Part shown: in pieces, positions 1 through 12,394 of the stretch
How the letters are laid out: each line of letters starts with the position of its first letter
How positions within the stretch are numbered: the stretch's first letter is position 1
Assembly: GCF_963921235.1 (NCBI RefSeq)
Contig: NC_086097.1
Span: 212,724,001 to 212,788,000, forward strand
Length of the DNA stretch: 64,000 bases
DNA from: Mobula hypostoma
Lineage: Eukaryota
Reading direction: 5' to 3'
Position numbers and translations under genes: made by a program
Notes under the pieces: generated by a model
What the model saw: only the letters and a program-made list of their open reading frames with translations
Told to the model about the DNA's origin: nothing
The model's database searches: none

Positions 1-2072
1 CCACTGGCCAGAACAAATGATTGAGAATTACATTTTGTAGAGTTCATTGAATTAGTCATTTTTTGCAATAATATCTTTTACTGTGAGGACAAAAAGGAAT
101 TTGAAACAGTCGGGTTGGGATTCATGTTCTGTAAGTTACATTCAGAAACATTTTTATTACCTTTTATTAGCTTTCATTGGGTTGGGCTTATTTACTATTG
201 CTTGTTGTTTTGGGGAAATGATGTAAGCTTCCTCAGTGATTCCTGCCACTCTTGTAGTAACAGCACTCCCAAAGTGACATGTGCCAGAAAACAGTTGGAC
301 TTTGACCCAGCAATAATGATTATATGCTTTGTTCTGACGTTCCCTGCAGGTGATGATACTGATGGTGTTTCCATGACAGTATGGTTTTTGTCCTTCATAA
401 AAGTGTTAAGCGGCTGGGAGTTATGTCCAAATAAGTTTACTAACTTGCTGCATTTGCCATCAGGAGATATGCAACCCTTAAGTTACATCCAGAATTATTT
501 GAACACATCCGGCTTGATTCTCAACTCTGTTAACAATCTTGTTGCATACTCTAATGCACTTCACTATCAGGCCAATTCTGACTTGCATATGCCAATTTTA
601 ATTTTTGTACTTCCACCTTGCAAATACCCATAACTGCATCACACATAATGCATGTCATTGCTTCGCAAAAGTGGTTTTCTATTCATGTAGTTTATGTCTA
701 AAATGGATAAAGCCATGTCCTTTTTCAGACATACTTGTATGATCATGGAACATCTTTAAACTCTGCATTTGAGTGTTTGGCTCCATTCTGTCAGAGTCTT
801 TTCATCTTGTGCCTGAAAGACCTGTTGGCTCTCTGCAGGGTCTTATTACTTTTCTTCAACTTGTTGAGCAATGCTTTCAGTGTTGCGTCAGAAAATTAGG
901 GGCCCTGTTTCCATTTGTGACCTGCTGTCCTTTCCAGCAAGGTGGCTCTGAAATTATGTCCTGCATTCACTGCATTGCATAGTGCAGCCATAATCCACAT
1001 CTTCTTTAAGGCTTGTGGGCTGACTTTAATCAACCCAAGCTAACTAGAGGTGGTGGCAGCCAATCACAAAATGGAGTACCGTGGCGACCATTTTGAGGCA
1101 GTCAACAAATGCACTTGGTACTGATTTGTCATGGAGTTTATAAATATCAGGATAATAAATGAGCATTACCAGTTAAGTGCATCTTTTTGCAGATTAAATA
1201 GGATTGGACAATTATGTATTAGGATCCGTGTGCATTTTCCAGTGCAACAAGGCTAGCCCTATCCCCTCACCCACTTTATCATTTAATGCGCAATTGCAAG
1301 GCAGGACCTTACTGTCATTAGAATTTGGAAAACTATGATTTGATCAAAGTTTCAGCATATTAAGGAGAACTGATAGGGTAATTGACAGGGAACTGATAGA
1401 CTGTTAACATAGGGAACATCACTTAAAGATTACACTCAAGCTTTTCTGAATGTAGCTAGAAACCTTATACACAAAAAGATGGTGGAATGTTTGTAAGTTC
1501 CCTGCAAAGGCAAATTATTAAGTTTAAAACTGAACCTGCTGGGCCATTGTTAACTAAGGAAATTTCTGTGATGCCATATATAATGAAATTAGGTTATAGT
1601 TTGGTCAATGCTCTCAAGTGGTTCAACAGGTTAAAATATCGGCTCCGTTTTTTTCTATGTTTCTGGGTTTTTATTATTAAAAAATTAATGAGAAAGGGAT
1701 CCAAAAGTTCCAACATGCAATAGTTTATTGAAGTACCTTAAATAACTGTACCTACTGAAACTTGCAAGTGGTGTGCTGTAATTTAGTGAGAATAGCATTA
1801 AAATGAAGCAAAATGTAGAATTTCATATCACTGCCACTGATTTCTCCAATAAGACTGGAATTCAATTACGTGAGATATTCTGTATTATTACTACCAATAA
1901 GTCCTCTTTGTCTGCAGTGTGTTTCGGAAACTGCACCACAGGATCTATGCCAAAGGGCTTCTGAATAACAATGGAGCTCATTTAGCTCTAGCTTAGTGGC
2001 AGTTCAGAAAATAGTTGACAAAGGAATAACTAAACTTAAAATATTTCCTTTAATGTTTATTTTTCTAACTTG

Positions 2073-2679
2073 TGTAATGCGCTGTAAGGGTTCACTGCTA
2101 TGTAATAGTTTTTTGTAATGTTCACTGCTGAAGTAATGGTTTCTCTGTAGCAGCAATTATGGGTTATAGCCGGAGATAACCAGACTGTTGATGCATGTTA
2201 GCCAATCAGGATTTTGTTTCCCTGTCTTGTGATTCTGGAAGAGTTGTTTTCACGGGCTTTTGCGAGAGGGAGCGGGAGAGATGAAGAGAGAAGACGCGAA
2301 TGGAGAAATTTGGTAGACCGTTAGACGGGGTGGACTTGGAGTGGGGGTCCGAAGGTCAGCAACGTTCAGAGGAGATCAATGGTGGAAGAAGAACTACTGA
2401 ACTGCATGAGCTCCAACTTCATGTGCACAGGCGGTTTAATAAGATTTGGGCCCTTTTTTTATCTTTTATATTTTGTTTCTCTACTAACCATACCGTCAAA
2501 GTAAGAGTTATAAAGCTTAATTGTTTAATCACATGTTGTGTACTGTTTGTTATTTTGGGGTACCGATTTGTAACAGCGGACATATCATGTAGCATCTACC
2601 CAAATGGGATTTCTTAAGTTTGGCCTGACAGGGAGTTATCACCCCCTCTATTAAGCCGCTAGTCGAAGTGAGTGTTACA
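2073..2679 (+). repeat. 5' LTR of Gypsy element
   Basis: Starts TGTAATGCGCTGTAAGG and ends GAGTGTTACA; colinear with 8118-8724. Confidence 0.93.
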
Positions 2680-2684
2680 AATGT

Positions 2685-2703
2685 TGGGGGCTACGTTCGG
2701 GAT
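2685..2703 (+). promoter_or_regulatory. Primer binding site, tRNA-Pro-like
   Basis: TGGGGGCTACGTTCGGGAT resembles the canonical tRNA-Pro PBS TGGGGGCTCGTCCGGGAT and lies 5 nt after the LTR end. Confidence 0.75.
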
Positions 2704-2899
2704 GGATTCCGCCGGGTGCTGCATGATTACCTTAAGAAATGAACCAGTGGGGCAGATATTTGTACTTCAGGTGAATTGTTAATTCCACTGTTAAAGTTGC
2801 GATTGTGAGTGGAGGTTTGATAAAATGGTGGGCGCAGCTCTCGTTTTAATGCAGACCGTGCTGAGGTAGCTGGGGGCGGAGATTTCTAAGACAGGGTTC

Positions 2900-3829
2900 T
2901 ATCATTTCTGAGGAGTGAGGGGAAAGAGTGGTCGGATTTGGAATGTCTGATTAGTCTACGTCCCCCGGTGAAGAGTGATAATTCTGAGGTAATACCTGCT
3001 CTTACTTCTTTGGCGAATAAATGGAAAAATCAGATTCAAAGTCCCAGCCAAGGCAGGCTCCGCCTATTTTCTGGAATAACGCCTACCCCTAAAGGGTAAG
3101 GAGGAGGCTGAGACGTGGGCAGAGCAGATTTCTCAGTTGTTAGATGAGTGGCAGTGCTCGGATGATGAAATGCGACAGAGACTGGTTGAAAGTTTGAATG
3201 GGCAGGCCGCTGGCATTGTGAGAGCCGTCAGGTTAAAGTATCCCGTAGTGACAGCCACAAATTATCTGCAAGTGCTGGACAATGCCTTTGGTCCGACCAA
3301 AAGCCCAAGGGAGCTCCTGGTGGGGTTTCAAAATGTGCGTCAGGAGAAGGAGGAGAAGCTTTCTGCTTTTGTTTTTCGGCGAGAGAGGTAGCTGGATTGC
3401 TTGCAGAGCAGAAGAGTCATTCAGGCAGCTGAGGTGGTTCAGTTAAGAGTCGACCAGATAGCCAGGGGTGCCCAGTTCCATGACTGGATTGCGTGGGGTC
3501 TCCGACAGTCTCATAAGATGTGCCCCCCTCCATCTTTTGTTGAGCTGATCAGAGAGGTACAGGAAGAGGAGAATGCGGTGGAGGCGTGGGAGGACTCAGT
3601 CAGCAGGGTACAGTCCTCGGTAGTAGTCCCCTGTGGTGAAGTGACCACAGATAGCCTACCCCGGGGAGCGGTAGAGGAGATTGCGGAACAGAGATATGTC
3701 GGCTGTTATCAGCAGGTGGGACTCCCCCATATGATGGAGCTGATGGTGGGGGGGCGGGTGCGGGTTCCCCAAAGGAATGAACAATGCGGAGGGCTGCTGG
3801 CAACAGGTGTCACACCAGAAGGACAGTGA
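2900..3829 (+). pseudogene. Disrupted gag with PNMA/Ma-like capsid domain
   Basis: Fragments RLRLFSGITPTPKG, EEEAETWAEQISQLLDEWQCSDDEMRQRLVESLNG and LQVLDNAFG...FQNVRQEKEEKLSAFVFR resemble the PNMA-type Gag. Contains frameshifts and stops; the start is approximate. Confidence 0.8.
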
Positions 3830-3959
3830 GTCCCTGGGTACCTCAGCAGGGAGAGTCGTTGGGAAAGCTTACACGGGACACAGTGAAGGAACAGCCTGGT
3901 GTCTCTGGGGGACCACATTCCCAGCAATGCACCAAGGAACCCCCGAAAGCAAAAGACCC

Positions 3960-6900
3960 TATTCATGAAGGCTTAGTGGGCCCACACTCCAGTGTGTCGC
4001 TATGGATAAAGGGTATTTCTGCTAAAGCCATATTCGACACCGGGTTGCAGGTCACGTTACTGTACCGTTCGTTTTACAAATGTTATCTGAAGCATTTACC
4101 CTTGGCACTATTCAATGCACTAGAAATTTGGGGTATCAGCGCTGGTGATTATCTATATGGCAGTTATCTGTCAGTGAAACTGGAGTTCTTGGAGGCCAAT
4201 GTGGGAGTGTCTGAGGTCCTTGATACGGTGGTGCTGGTTTGTCCGGACCCTGGTGAGAAGGGCAGTGTTTCAGTTCTGGTGGGGACCAACACCCCTCTTG
4301 TGCGGAGGCTCATGGGGGTCTGCAAGGAGAAGGCTGGCAAAAGCTTTCTGGGAACATTGTCCGTGCACCCAGTGTTTCGAGCTGCTTTTGAGGAAGTGCG
4401 TGGCAGTATTGGGCTGGATACTGAATTTAAACGAGGGACTGTGTGGTTCACCCAGTCAAAGCCAATGGTGGTACGGCCTGGGGAAGTAGCGAGAGTGATG
4501 GGGACCCCCAAATTTCCCAGAGTGCCTGAGTGGATGCTCCGGAGGACCATAAGGGGAGTCGGGATTTCCTGCTGGGCTACTGGTGAGGCCTGAATTGCAG
4601 AAGCCCTCGGTTGTACGGGCGAGCAGGATGGCAGTGATCGTCAGGAACACTATGAAGAGGGAGGTCACCTTCAGGCGGAGGATACCCCTGGTGCATTTGT
4701 TTCAGGTGACGGTAATGGCTAGTGCCCCTGTGAGGCACGCCAGGAAGGGAAAAGGGGAAAGTTGACCGCAGAGCCTTTCAACTTCGGGGACTCCCCGGTG
4801 CCGCCGAGTTGGAAAAGGAGGCTGGTGGAGAAGATGTTGAAGCTGGAAGGTGTCTTTTCCATTGGCGAGTTTGATGTGGGTTGTTCCAAAAGCACTCATC
4901 ACACTATCCGGGTGACCGAGGACACCCCGTTTAGAGAGAGGTCTAAAGGATTGAAGACACGCTGGCCTGTCTGAGTGGTGTGAAGTGGTTCAGTGTGCTG
5001 GACTTGAGGAGTGGATATTACCAGATTCCCATGAGTGAGGCCGACAAAGAGAAGACGGCATTTATATGTCCCCTGGGATTTTTCCAGATCGAAAGGATGC
5101 CCCAGGACATATCGGGAGCCCCTGAAACCTTCCAGTGGGTCATGGAGAAGGCGATGGGGGATATGAACTTGCTTGAGGTGTTGGTGTATTTGGATGCCCT
5201 CATAGTGTTTGGATCCACCTTGGAAGAATATGAAGCGAGGCTACTGAAAGTGCTCGGCCGCCTGAAAGCTGAAGGGTTAAAACTTTCTCTGGACAAGTAC
5301 CAGTTCTACAAAATGTCTGTTAGCTATGTCGGACACATAATCTCATGGAATGGAATAGCTACAGACCCAGCTAAGATAGAAGCGGTGACCACTTGGCCAA
5401 GGCCCCAGACTGTGAGCGCTCTGCGCTCATTCCTTGGGTTCTGTGGTTATTATCGGAGATTCGTGAAGAGCTACCTTGAATCAGCTTCTGTGTGGTTACC
5501 CTCCCTTGAAGAAGAAAGGGAAGGGAGAAAAAGGACAGGAGGTTGGAGAATATCTAAACCCGTCGGAGCCCTTTGGACAGGGTGGGATGTAAAATGTAAG
5601 GAGGCTTTTCAGTCGCTGAAAGAGCTGCTGACCCAGGCGCCGGTGCTGGCTTTTGCGGACCCCCGATTGCCGTATGTACTGCACACAGATGCCAGCCGAG
5701 AGGGTATGGGGGTGTCCTGTATCAGGATCAGGGGCGCTGGGTTGAGGCCTGCGGCGTTTGTCAGCCGGAGTCTGTCACCCTCCGAGAGAAGCTATCCCAA
5801 GCACAAGTTGGAATTTCTGGCGTTGAAATGGGTGGTGGCGGATAAGCTGAGCGACTATCTCTATGGGGCCAAGTCTGAGGTGAGGATTGACAACAACCTC
5901 CTAACTTATTTCCTGACCTCAGCAAAACTGGATGCCACAGGCCATCGGTGGTTGGCAGTGTTGTCCGCCTATGAATTCAGCCTGAAATACCAGCCAGGGA
6001 GCCAGAACATGGATGCGGATGCTTTGTCCCGACGGGTGCATGAGGGACTGGACAGGGATGAGGTGTGGGATAGTGTTCCTGCCCCTGGGGTGAAGGCCAT
6101 GTGTCAGTTTGCCATCACCGTGAAGGCAGAGGAAAGGAGAGGCAAGATTGAGCAGTGGATTAATTGGGGGCTTCTGATGACGCCATACCCCAAGTTTACT
6201 ATAATCTGACTGCTCTGAAGACAAATCAGCTGCTGGAATTGAGTTCTGAGGAAGTGGCAGCTGCTCTCAGCGAAATGATCCGGGCATTGTTACCATTTGG
6301 TTCGCGGTTGAAAAGGGGGATATGGCTCAGACGGAGAAGATGAAACATGATTCGGTGCCTCCATTACTGAAAGAATGGCCCCAGTTGGAGTTGAAGGACT
6401 AGATCTTATACCGGGTCACGTCACCCCCGGACCGACCTCGGCGTTGCCAGCTGGGTCTGCCCGAGAAGTATCGGAGGATTGCGTTGAAGTCACTTGATGA
6501 TGATTCTGGACATTTGGGAGTGGAAAAGACCTATGGATTGCTCAGAGACCATTTTTACAGGCCCCGAATGAAGTCGGAGGTTGAAGAATACTACAAGTCG
6601 TGCTTTCGCTGCATACGCCGGAAGACACCGCCTTCACGGGCAGCTCCTTTGTCCCACTTGCAAAGTTCAGGACCCCTGGACCTGGTGTGTATGGATTTTC
6701 TGTCCATAGAACCCGATGCCAGCAACACGGCGAATGTCTTAGTCATCACAGACCGGTACACCTGATATGCTCAGGCTTTTCCTACCAGGGACCAGAGGGC
6801 CTCTACGGTGGCAAAAGTGTTATGGGAGAAGTACTTCGTTTATAATGGCCTTCCCAGGTGGATACATAGCGACCAGGGATGGGTCTTCGAGATCCAACTC

Positions 6901-7500
6901 ATCTATGAGTTACTGGGCATGCTTGGAGTTGAGAAGTCGAGGACCGCGCCCTATCACCCGCAGGGCAATCCCCAGCCTGCGAGGTTTAATTGGACCTTGC
7001 TAGACATGCTCGGGACCCTTGAGATCAGTAAGAAGAGCAGGTGGAGTCAACATATTGGGCATCTGGTTCACTGTTACAACAGTACACGAAATGAAGCTAC
7101 TGGGTACTCGCCATATTATTTGATGTCTGGGTGCGAGGCGAGGTTGCCCATTGACCTTTGTTTTAGGACTGATGAGGGTGACTTACCACTGAAGCCATAT
7201 CTGAAGTATGTGTCTGAAAGAGCTGAAAAGAGCTTATGATTTGGCTGGGGTTGTGGCTGCCAAAGGAGGTATGATCAGAAAGTGAGGTTCTTCCAACTTC
7301 TGCCGGGAGACTGAGTCCTCATAAGGAAATTGGGGCTACCTGGAAAGCATAAGTTGGCTGACCGCTGAGCGGCCACACCCTATGTGGTGGAGAGTCAGAT
7401 GCCAAACCTACCAGTTTTCTGGGTGAAACCAGAGGATGGAATGGGAATGGGAAAGATTCTCCATTGGAGCCACCTGTTGCCCCTGGGACAAGAGGTGCAG
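3960..7500 (+). pseudogene. Disrupted pol (protease, RT, RNase H, integrase)
   Basis: Protease AIFDTG. RT FSVLDLRSGYYQ...KTAF...YLDA (YLDD mutated). RNase H LHTDAS...ELEFLAL-like segment. Integrase GHLG..C..C, IHSDQG and TAPYHPQGN. Split over several ORFs. Confidence 0.92.
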
Positions 7501-8103
7501 GTAGACCCAGAGCCCAACTTGAAGCCTACACATAGTAAGAGGACTCTGCGAAAACGCAGGGCGACTGAAGGGCCCACAGCAGGAAAGGCTGGGTCAGGCC
7601 CCCCCCATGACAGGGTTACCAATTTGGAGGATGAGGACCTGGATGTGTGGTATATGCTGCTTTTTGCTAACTTCCCATTGATTGAGGAAGAGACTCCTGG
7701 CCCCTCTCCCACTGAGTCAGGTGAAGTGGGTTGGGGGGGGTTGCTATCTGTGGGCAGCCTGGGTTACAGCAGAACACTGTAGGAGAGGAAGCGGGGCCTG
7801 GACACGGGCCAGAGGGCTCCGGGATGCAGGGGGGCACAAGTGATAGATCGAGGGAGGACTCGCTAAGTAGGCCTGAAGTATCTCCAGTAGCGTCTGAGCC
7901 TGAAGAGTTAGGTGAGGAGGTACAGAGGTCTCAGAGAATTAGGAGACAACCGGATAGGTTGGCCTATGTAGCGCCTGGGGAACCGGGCGTGATCTTTTCT
8001 GTTTTGGGGAGCTATGTCACTGCCTTTTGCACCTGGATTGGGCTTTGTGTTTTGCAGCAAGGGTTGGCAAACTATCTCAATGTCATGAGGACATGACTAA
8101 ATT

Positions 8104-8117
8104 TGGTGGGGCGAGAG
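8104..8117 (+). promoter_or_regulatory. Polypurine tract
   Basis: TGGTGGGGCGAGAG immediately precedes the TG start of the 3' LTR. Confidence 0.7.
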
Positions 8118-8724
8118 TGTAACATGCTGTAAGGTTTCACTGCTATATAATGGTTTGTTGTAATGTTCACTGCTGAAGTAATGGTTTCTCTATAGCAGCA
8201 ATGTTTGGGTTATAGCCGGAGATAACCGGACTGTTAATGCATATTAGCCAATCAGGATTTTGTTGCCCTGTCTTGTGATTCTGGAACAGTTGATTTTGCG
8301 GGCTTTTGCGAGAGGGAGTGGGAGAGATGAAGAGAGGAGACGCGAATGGAGAAATTTGGTAGACCGCTGGACAGGGTGGACTCGGAATGGGGGTCCAAAG
8401 GTCGGCGACACTCAGAGGAGATCGATGGTGGAAAAAAAACTACTGAACTGCATGAGCTCCAACTTTGTGTGCATAGACTGTTTAATAAGATTTGGGCCCT
8501 TTTTTTTCTTTTCTATTTTGTTTCTCTACTAACCATATCATCAAAGTAAGAGATATAAAGCTTAATCGTTTAATCACATGCTGTGTACTGTTTGTTATTT
8601 TGGGGTACCGATTTGTAACAGCGGACATATCGCGCAGCATCTACCCAAACGAGATCTCTTAAGTTTGGCCGGGCAGGGGTTTATCACCCCCGCTATTAAG
8701 CCGCTAGGCGAAGCGAGTGTTACA
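8118..8724 (+). repeat. 3' LTR of Gypsy element
   Basis: TGTAACATGCTGTAAGG...GAGTGTTACA; direct repeat of 2073-2679. Confidence 0.93.
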
Positions 8725-9834
8725 CTTTACTTCAGGATGGATTAGAACCTGCATTTTGTAATGGATCGCATGAAAAGCTTTCTCATTTTATGATTTTTTA
8801 TTTATGAAGTAGGAGCATGATGAAGTGACATTGAACTTATGTTATTTTATGTTTTACAAATTTACCGAACTTGTCTTTAAGCAGCAGATTGGTGCCATAG
8901 GGATGGTGGCCTCTGAGATTATGGAGTTGAGACATGCACACACGGAGAGATTGGTAATCAAGAAAGTTCTTGGGAGTCTGGTAACAATTTGCATGGTAAG
9001 GCAGCCTTACATATGTCAGGTAGGCATTCCTGGGTACACATTCACAAAATGTATTAAATAGCTTTCAAAAGTACAGGTGCAAAATGATTTCAAAATTCAC
9101 CTGAAATTTTCAACACTCTGTCATAGATTGCTGACAGTTTTATCTTCTTATCCTTCACAGTAAAGTGAAGGATGATACATGCATCTGTGTGAGATATTTA
9201 GCAGAGTATCTCAACAGGGTTACATAGCAGATCTGCATTAAAAATGCTGCTGATAGGGCAAGTCAGAAAAAACCCCAGAAAATTAGAGAAAATCGCACTG
9301 TGTCAAGCAGCATCTGTGGAAAGAGAAATAATTAGCATTTCAGGTCAAAGATATTTCATCAGAATTATACAGTATATAGTGAATTGCATCCATATTAAAA
9401 GTAAGAAAATGTTCTTTGTGTGTCTAAATCCAATTGACTAAATCCTATTGTATCTCAATGTGGTGGCATCTGTCTTTCATTAAGCCACATTTGCCTGCAT
9501 ATGTGCCAGACTCCAAGACTTACTGAGAGTTAAATGGCTAAAAATGAGGAAAGGTCATTGAATTCATTTGAATTATTTAATCTTTCAGGTTTGAAATTCT
9601 GTTTTACTTTACTGAAGTTTTCAGTGATTGGAACTATTGACTCCTCTTATCAAAGTTCATTCTAGTAGGTCAATCTTGAGTAATATTCGTTTACAACACT
9701 ATGCAAACAAATTTGAAACTTCATACGCTATAAAGAAGAAAATTACCGCAACTGCATTTAAAAAGTACAGGGAAGACTAGTTAAACCCTTGACTTCCTCA
9801 GTGTTCATTCATAACCATGAAAGACTAACATTGT

Positions 9835-10640
9835 CATAGAGTAATGAGTGACAGAAACCGGCCCTTCGGCCCTAACAGTCCCTGCCAATCACAACATACT
9901 CCCTGCTTGCAAACGGCCTGTAAATCTCCAAGTCCCACATCACCATATACCTATCCAAATGCCTCCTATTCGGTATGTTGTACCCTCCTTGACCCACTTC
10001 TGGCAGCTCATTCCAAAGATGCACTACTTTCTCAGGTCTCTTTTAAATCTCTCTCCTTTTACCTTGTTTCTGTGCCCTTTAGTTTTGGGCTCCCCAACAC
10101 CAGGGAAAAGGCTTTGACCGATTACTTTATCCACACTTCTCATAATCTTATAAACTTCTTTGAGGCCGCTCCTCATTCTCCTGCACACCAGAGGATAAAA
10201 ATCCAGTGTGGCCAACTTCTCCTTACAACTCGGGCACTCCAGTTCTGATAGCATCCTTGTAAAGCTCCTTTGCACCTTCTCCAACTTGACAGTATCTTGT
10301 CTGTAATAGGGCGACCAAAACTGTATGCAATACTACAACTGCTGCCTCACCAATGTCTTAGGAAACTGCAACATAATGTCCCCATTGCTCTGACTGATGA
10401 AGGAAAGCATGCTAAGTGCTTTCATCAGCATCCTCTCCATTTGTGCGGCCACTCTCAGTGAACTGTGCACTTGCACTCCCAGCTCTCTGTTTCGCAATAC
10501 CCATCAGTGCTCTGCCATTCACTGCATAAGTGTGACTGTCCAAAATGCATCAGCTTACACTTTCCAGGCTGAAATCTATTTGCTGTTCTTCAGCCTTTTT
10601 CCCTCACTGATTAAGATCTCTTTGTAATTCATTATAAACT
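9835..10640 (-). mobile_element. CR1 LINE 3' fragment (degraded)
   Basis: Minus ORF EKVQRSFTRML...RRMRSGLKEVYKIM...KTKGH matches the CR1 ORF2 C-terminus at 41990-42250. Confidence 0.8.
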
Positions 10641-10659
10641 GCAACATTAAGCTTTGCAA

Positions 10660-11760
10660 ACTTAGAATCACCGGCATGTGTCGTGAAATTTGTTAACTTT
10701 GCGGCAGCAGTACAATGCAATACATGATCAATATAGAAAATAAATAAATTAATCAATTACGGTAAGTATATGTATTTGTAACCTGGTGACCACTGGATCT
10801 TATTCAGTATCGTTAAAAGTATATTTAGGCATCCATCCAGGTAATGCTAGAATAGTTGTCTGTGCCTTTAAGGGAGACGGTGATGTCATTACGCACATGC
10901 GGGATAGTGGGGAGACCATTGTGCTTTCTGCTGAGGACGCTGGTGGGGCGTTGGAATCTGTTCTCTCCCAGAGTGTGCTGGGCGTGGTGAGGAAAGATTT
11001 TCTCGAGTGAATGACTCAACGCTAGATCTCGTGGCTTAGGCAAAGTTCCTCACTATCCAAGATTGCCACTACCGTATTTGTACCATATTAGTTCTGGTAT
11101 TTTTATACTGCATACGCAATTCTGTCCATACACAAGGGTGTGAATTGGAAGTTACACTGAGATTGTAACGGCAAGAACTGATTGTAAATTCGTTCGTTTT
11201 GTTTCGCGACCCTCTTCTGGCACTTAAACATCGAAAACCGATAAAGGAATTAAAGCCCGAAAAAGTCTTTGTTGTCCTCAGCGTGTTCTTTTCCCCAGGC
11301 TACATATTATATAGTTAAATTAAAAATAGTGCAAAAACAGAAATAATAAAAAAGTAGCGAGGTAGTGTTCATGGGTTTAGGAATTGGATGGCAGAGGGGA
11401 AGAAACTGTTTCTGAATCGCTGAGTGTGTGCCTTCACACTTCTGTACCTCCTTCCTGATGGTAGCAATGAGAAGAAGGCATGCCTTGGGTGGTGGGTGTC
11501 CTTAATAATGGATGCCGCCTTTTTGAAGCACTGCTCCTTGAAGATGTCTTGGATACTACAAAGGCTAGTACCCTGGATGGAGCTAACTCATTTTACAACT
11601 TTCTGTAGCTTCCTTCGATCCTGTGCAGTATCCAGCTCCTCCCCATTACCAGACAGCGATGCATCCAGTCAGAATGCTCTCCATGGTACATTTGTAGAAA
11701 CTTTCGAGTGCCTTAGGTGACAAACCAAATCTCCTCAAACTCTGAATGAAATATAGCCAA
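10660..11760 (-). mobile_element. Rex1/Babar LINE 3' fragment interrupted by a solo LTR
   Basis: Reverse complement of the Rex1 3' end at 26400-27030; colinear with the uninterrupted copy at 42845-43380. Confidence 0.82.
10777..11304. mobile_element. Solo LTR (528 bp) with 4-bp TSD TATT
   Basis: Ends TGTAACCTGG...CCAGGCTACA form an imperfect inverted repeat. TATT flanks both sides (10773-10776, 11305-11308). It splits a Rex1 3' UTR. Confidence 0.85.
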
Positions 11761-12113
11761 TAACGGCATTTCTCAGCTGAATCAACAAAATTTAAAAGGA
11801 TTGCAAAGTTTTATTTTCCTCACATCATATCAGAGTATTACAGCACAGTTCATCATACTGGTAAATATGTTTACTGAGCACTCTAAATAAAACATGGTTA
11901 AATATTACCAATCTTGAAAGTTTGATTCAATTTTTAAATAAATCAGCAAACAAACATGAAATTATTTTCCAAGTGCAGCAGAGCAGAAATGATGTGGGTT
12001 CTATAAAATTTTAAACTAAATTCATTCTTTTTGCATATGGAAGTATTGAAGTCCAGTATATTATCTCATTTTTCCAATCCATGAAGTATAACGCTGAAGA
12101 AGTTATATTACAA

Positions 12114-12358
12114 TTCAAAGATCAAAATAAATGTTATTATCAAAGTACATATACAGCAAGTACATATACAGTATGTATATGTACATGTATGCTACCTTGA
12201 GATTCATTTTCTTGCAGGTATTCATAGGAAAAATAAAGAAATACAATGTAGTCTATGAAAAGCCATACATAAACAAAGATTGACAATGTGCGAAAGATGA
12301 CAAACTATGCAAACAAGAAATGTTCTGTATTTAATATTTCAATAGTATTTGAGTAATC

Positions 12359-12394
<36 letters not shown>

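Larger units (their letters stand above)
2073..8724 (+). mobile_element. Full-length but decayed Ty3/Gypsy LTR retrotransposon with PNMA-like gag, protease, RT, RNase H and integrase
   Basis: Two ~607-bp direct repeats with TG...CA ends. PBS after the 5' LTR and PPT before the 3' LTR. Internal gag-PR-RT-RH-IN order, broken by stops and frameshifts. Flanks CTTG/CTTT look like a 4-bp TSD with one mismatch. Confidence 0.95.

Noticed and set aside
115..633. 172-aa ORF
   Set aside because: Non-ATG start, no recognisable domain and no splice support; probably chance.
2300..2617. ORFs inside the LTRs (also 8260-8549)
   Set aside because: Frames differ between the two LTR copies, so these are not conserved coding sequence.
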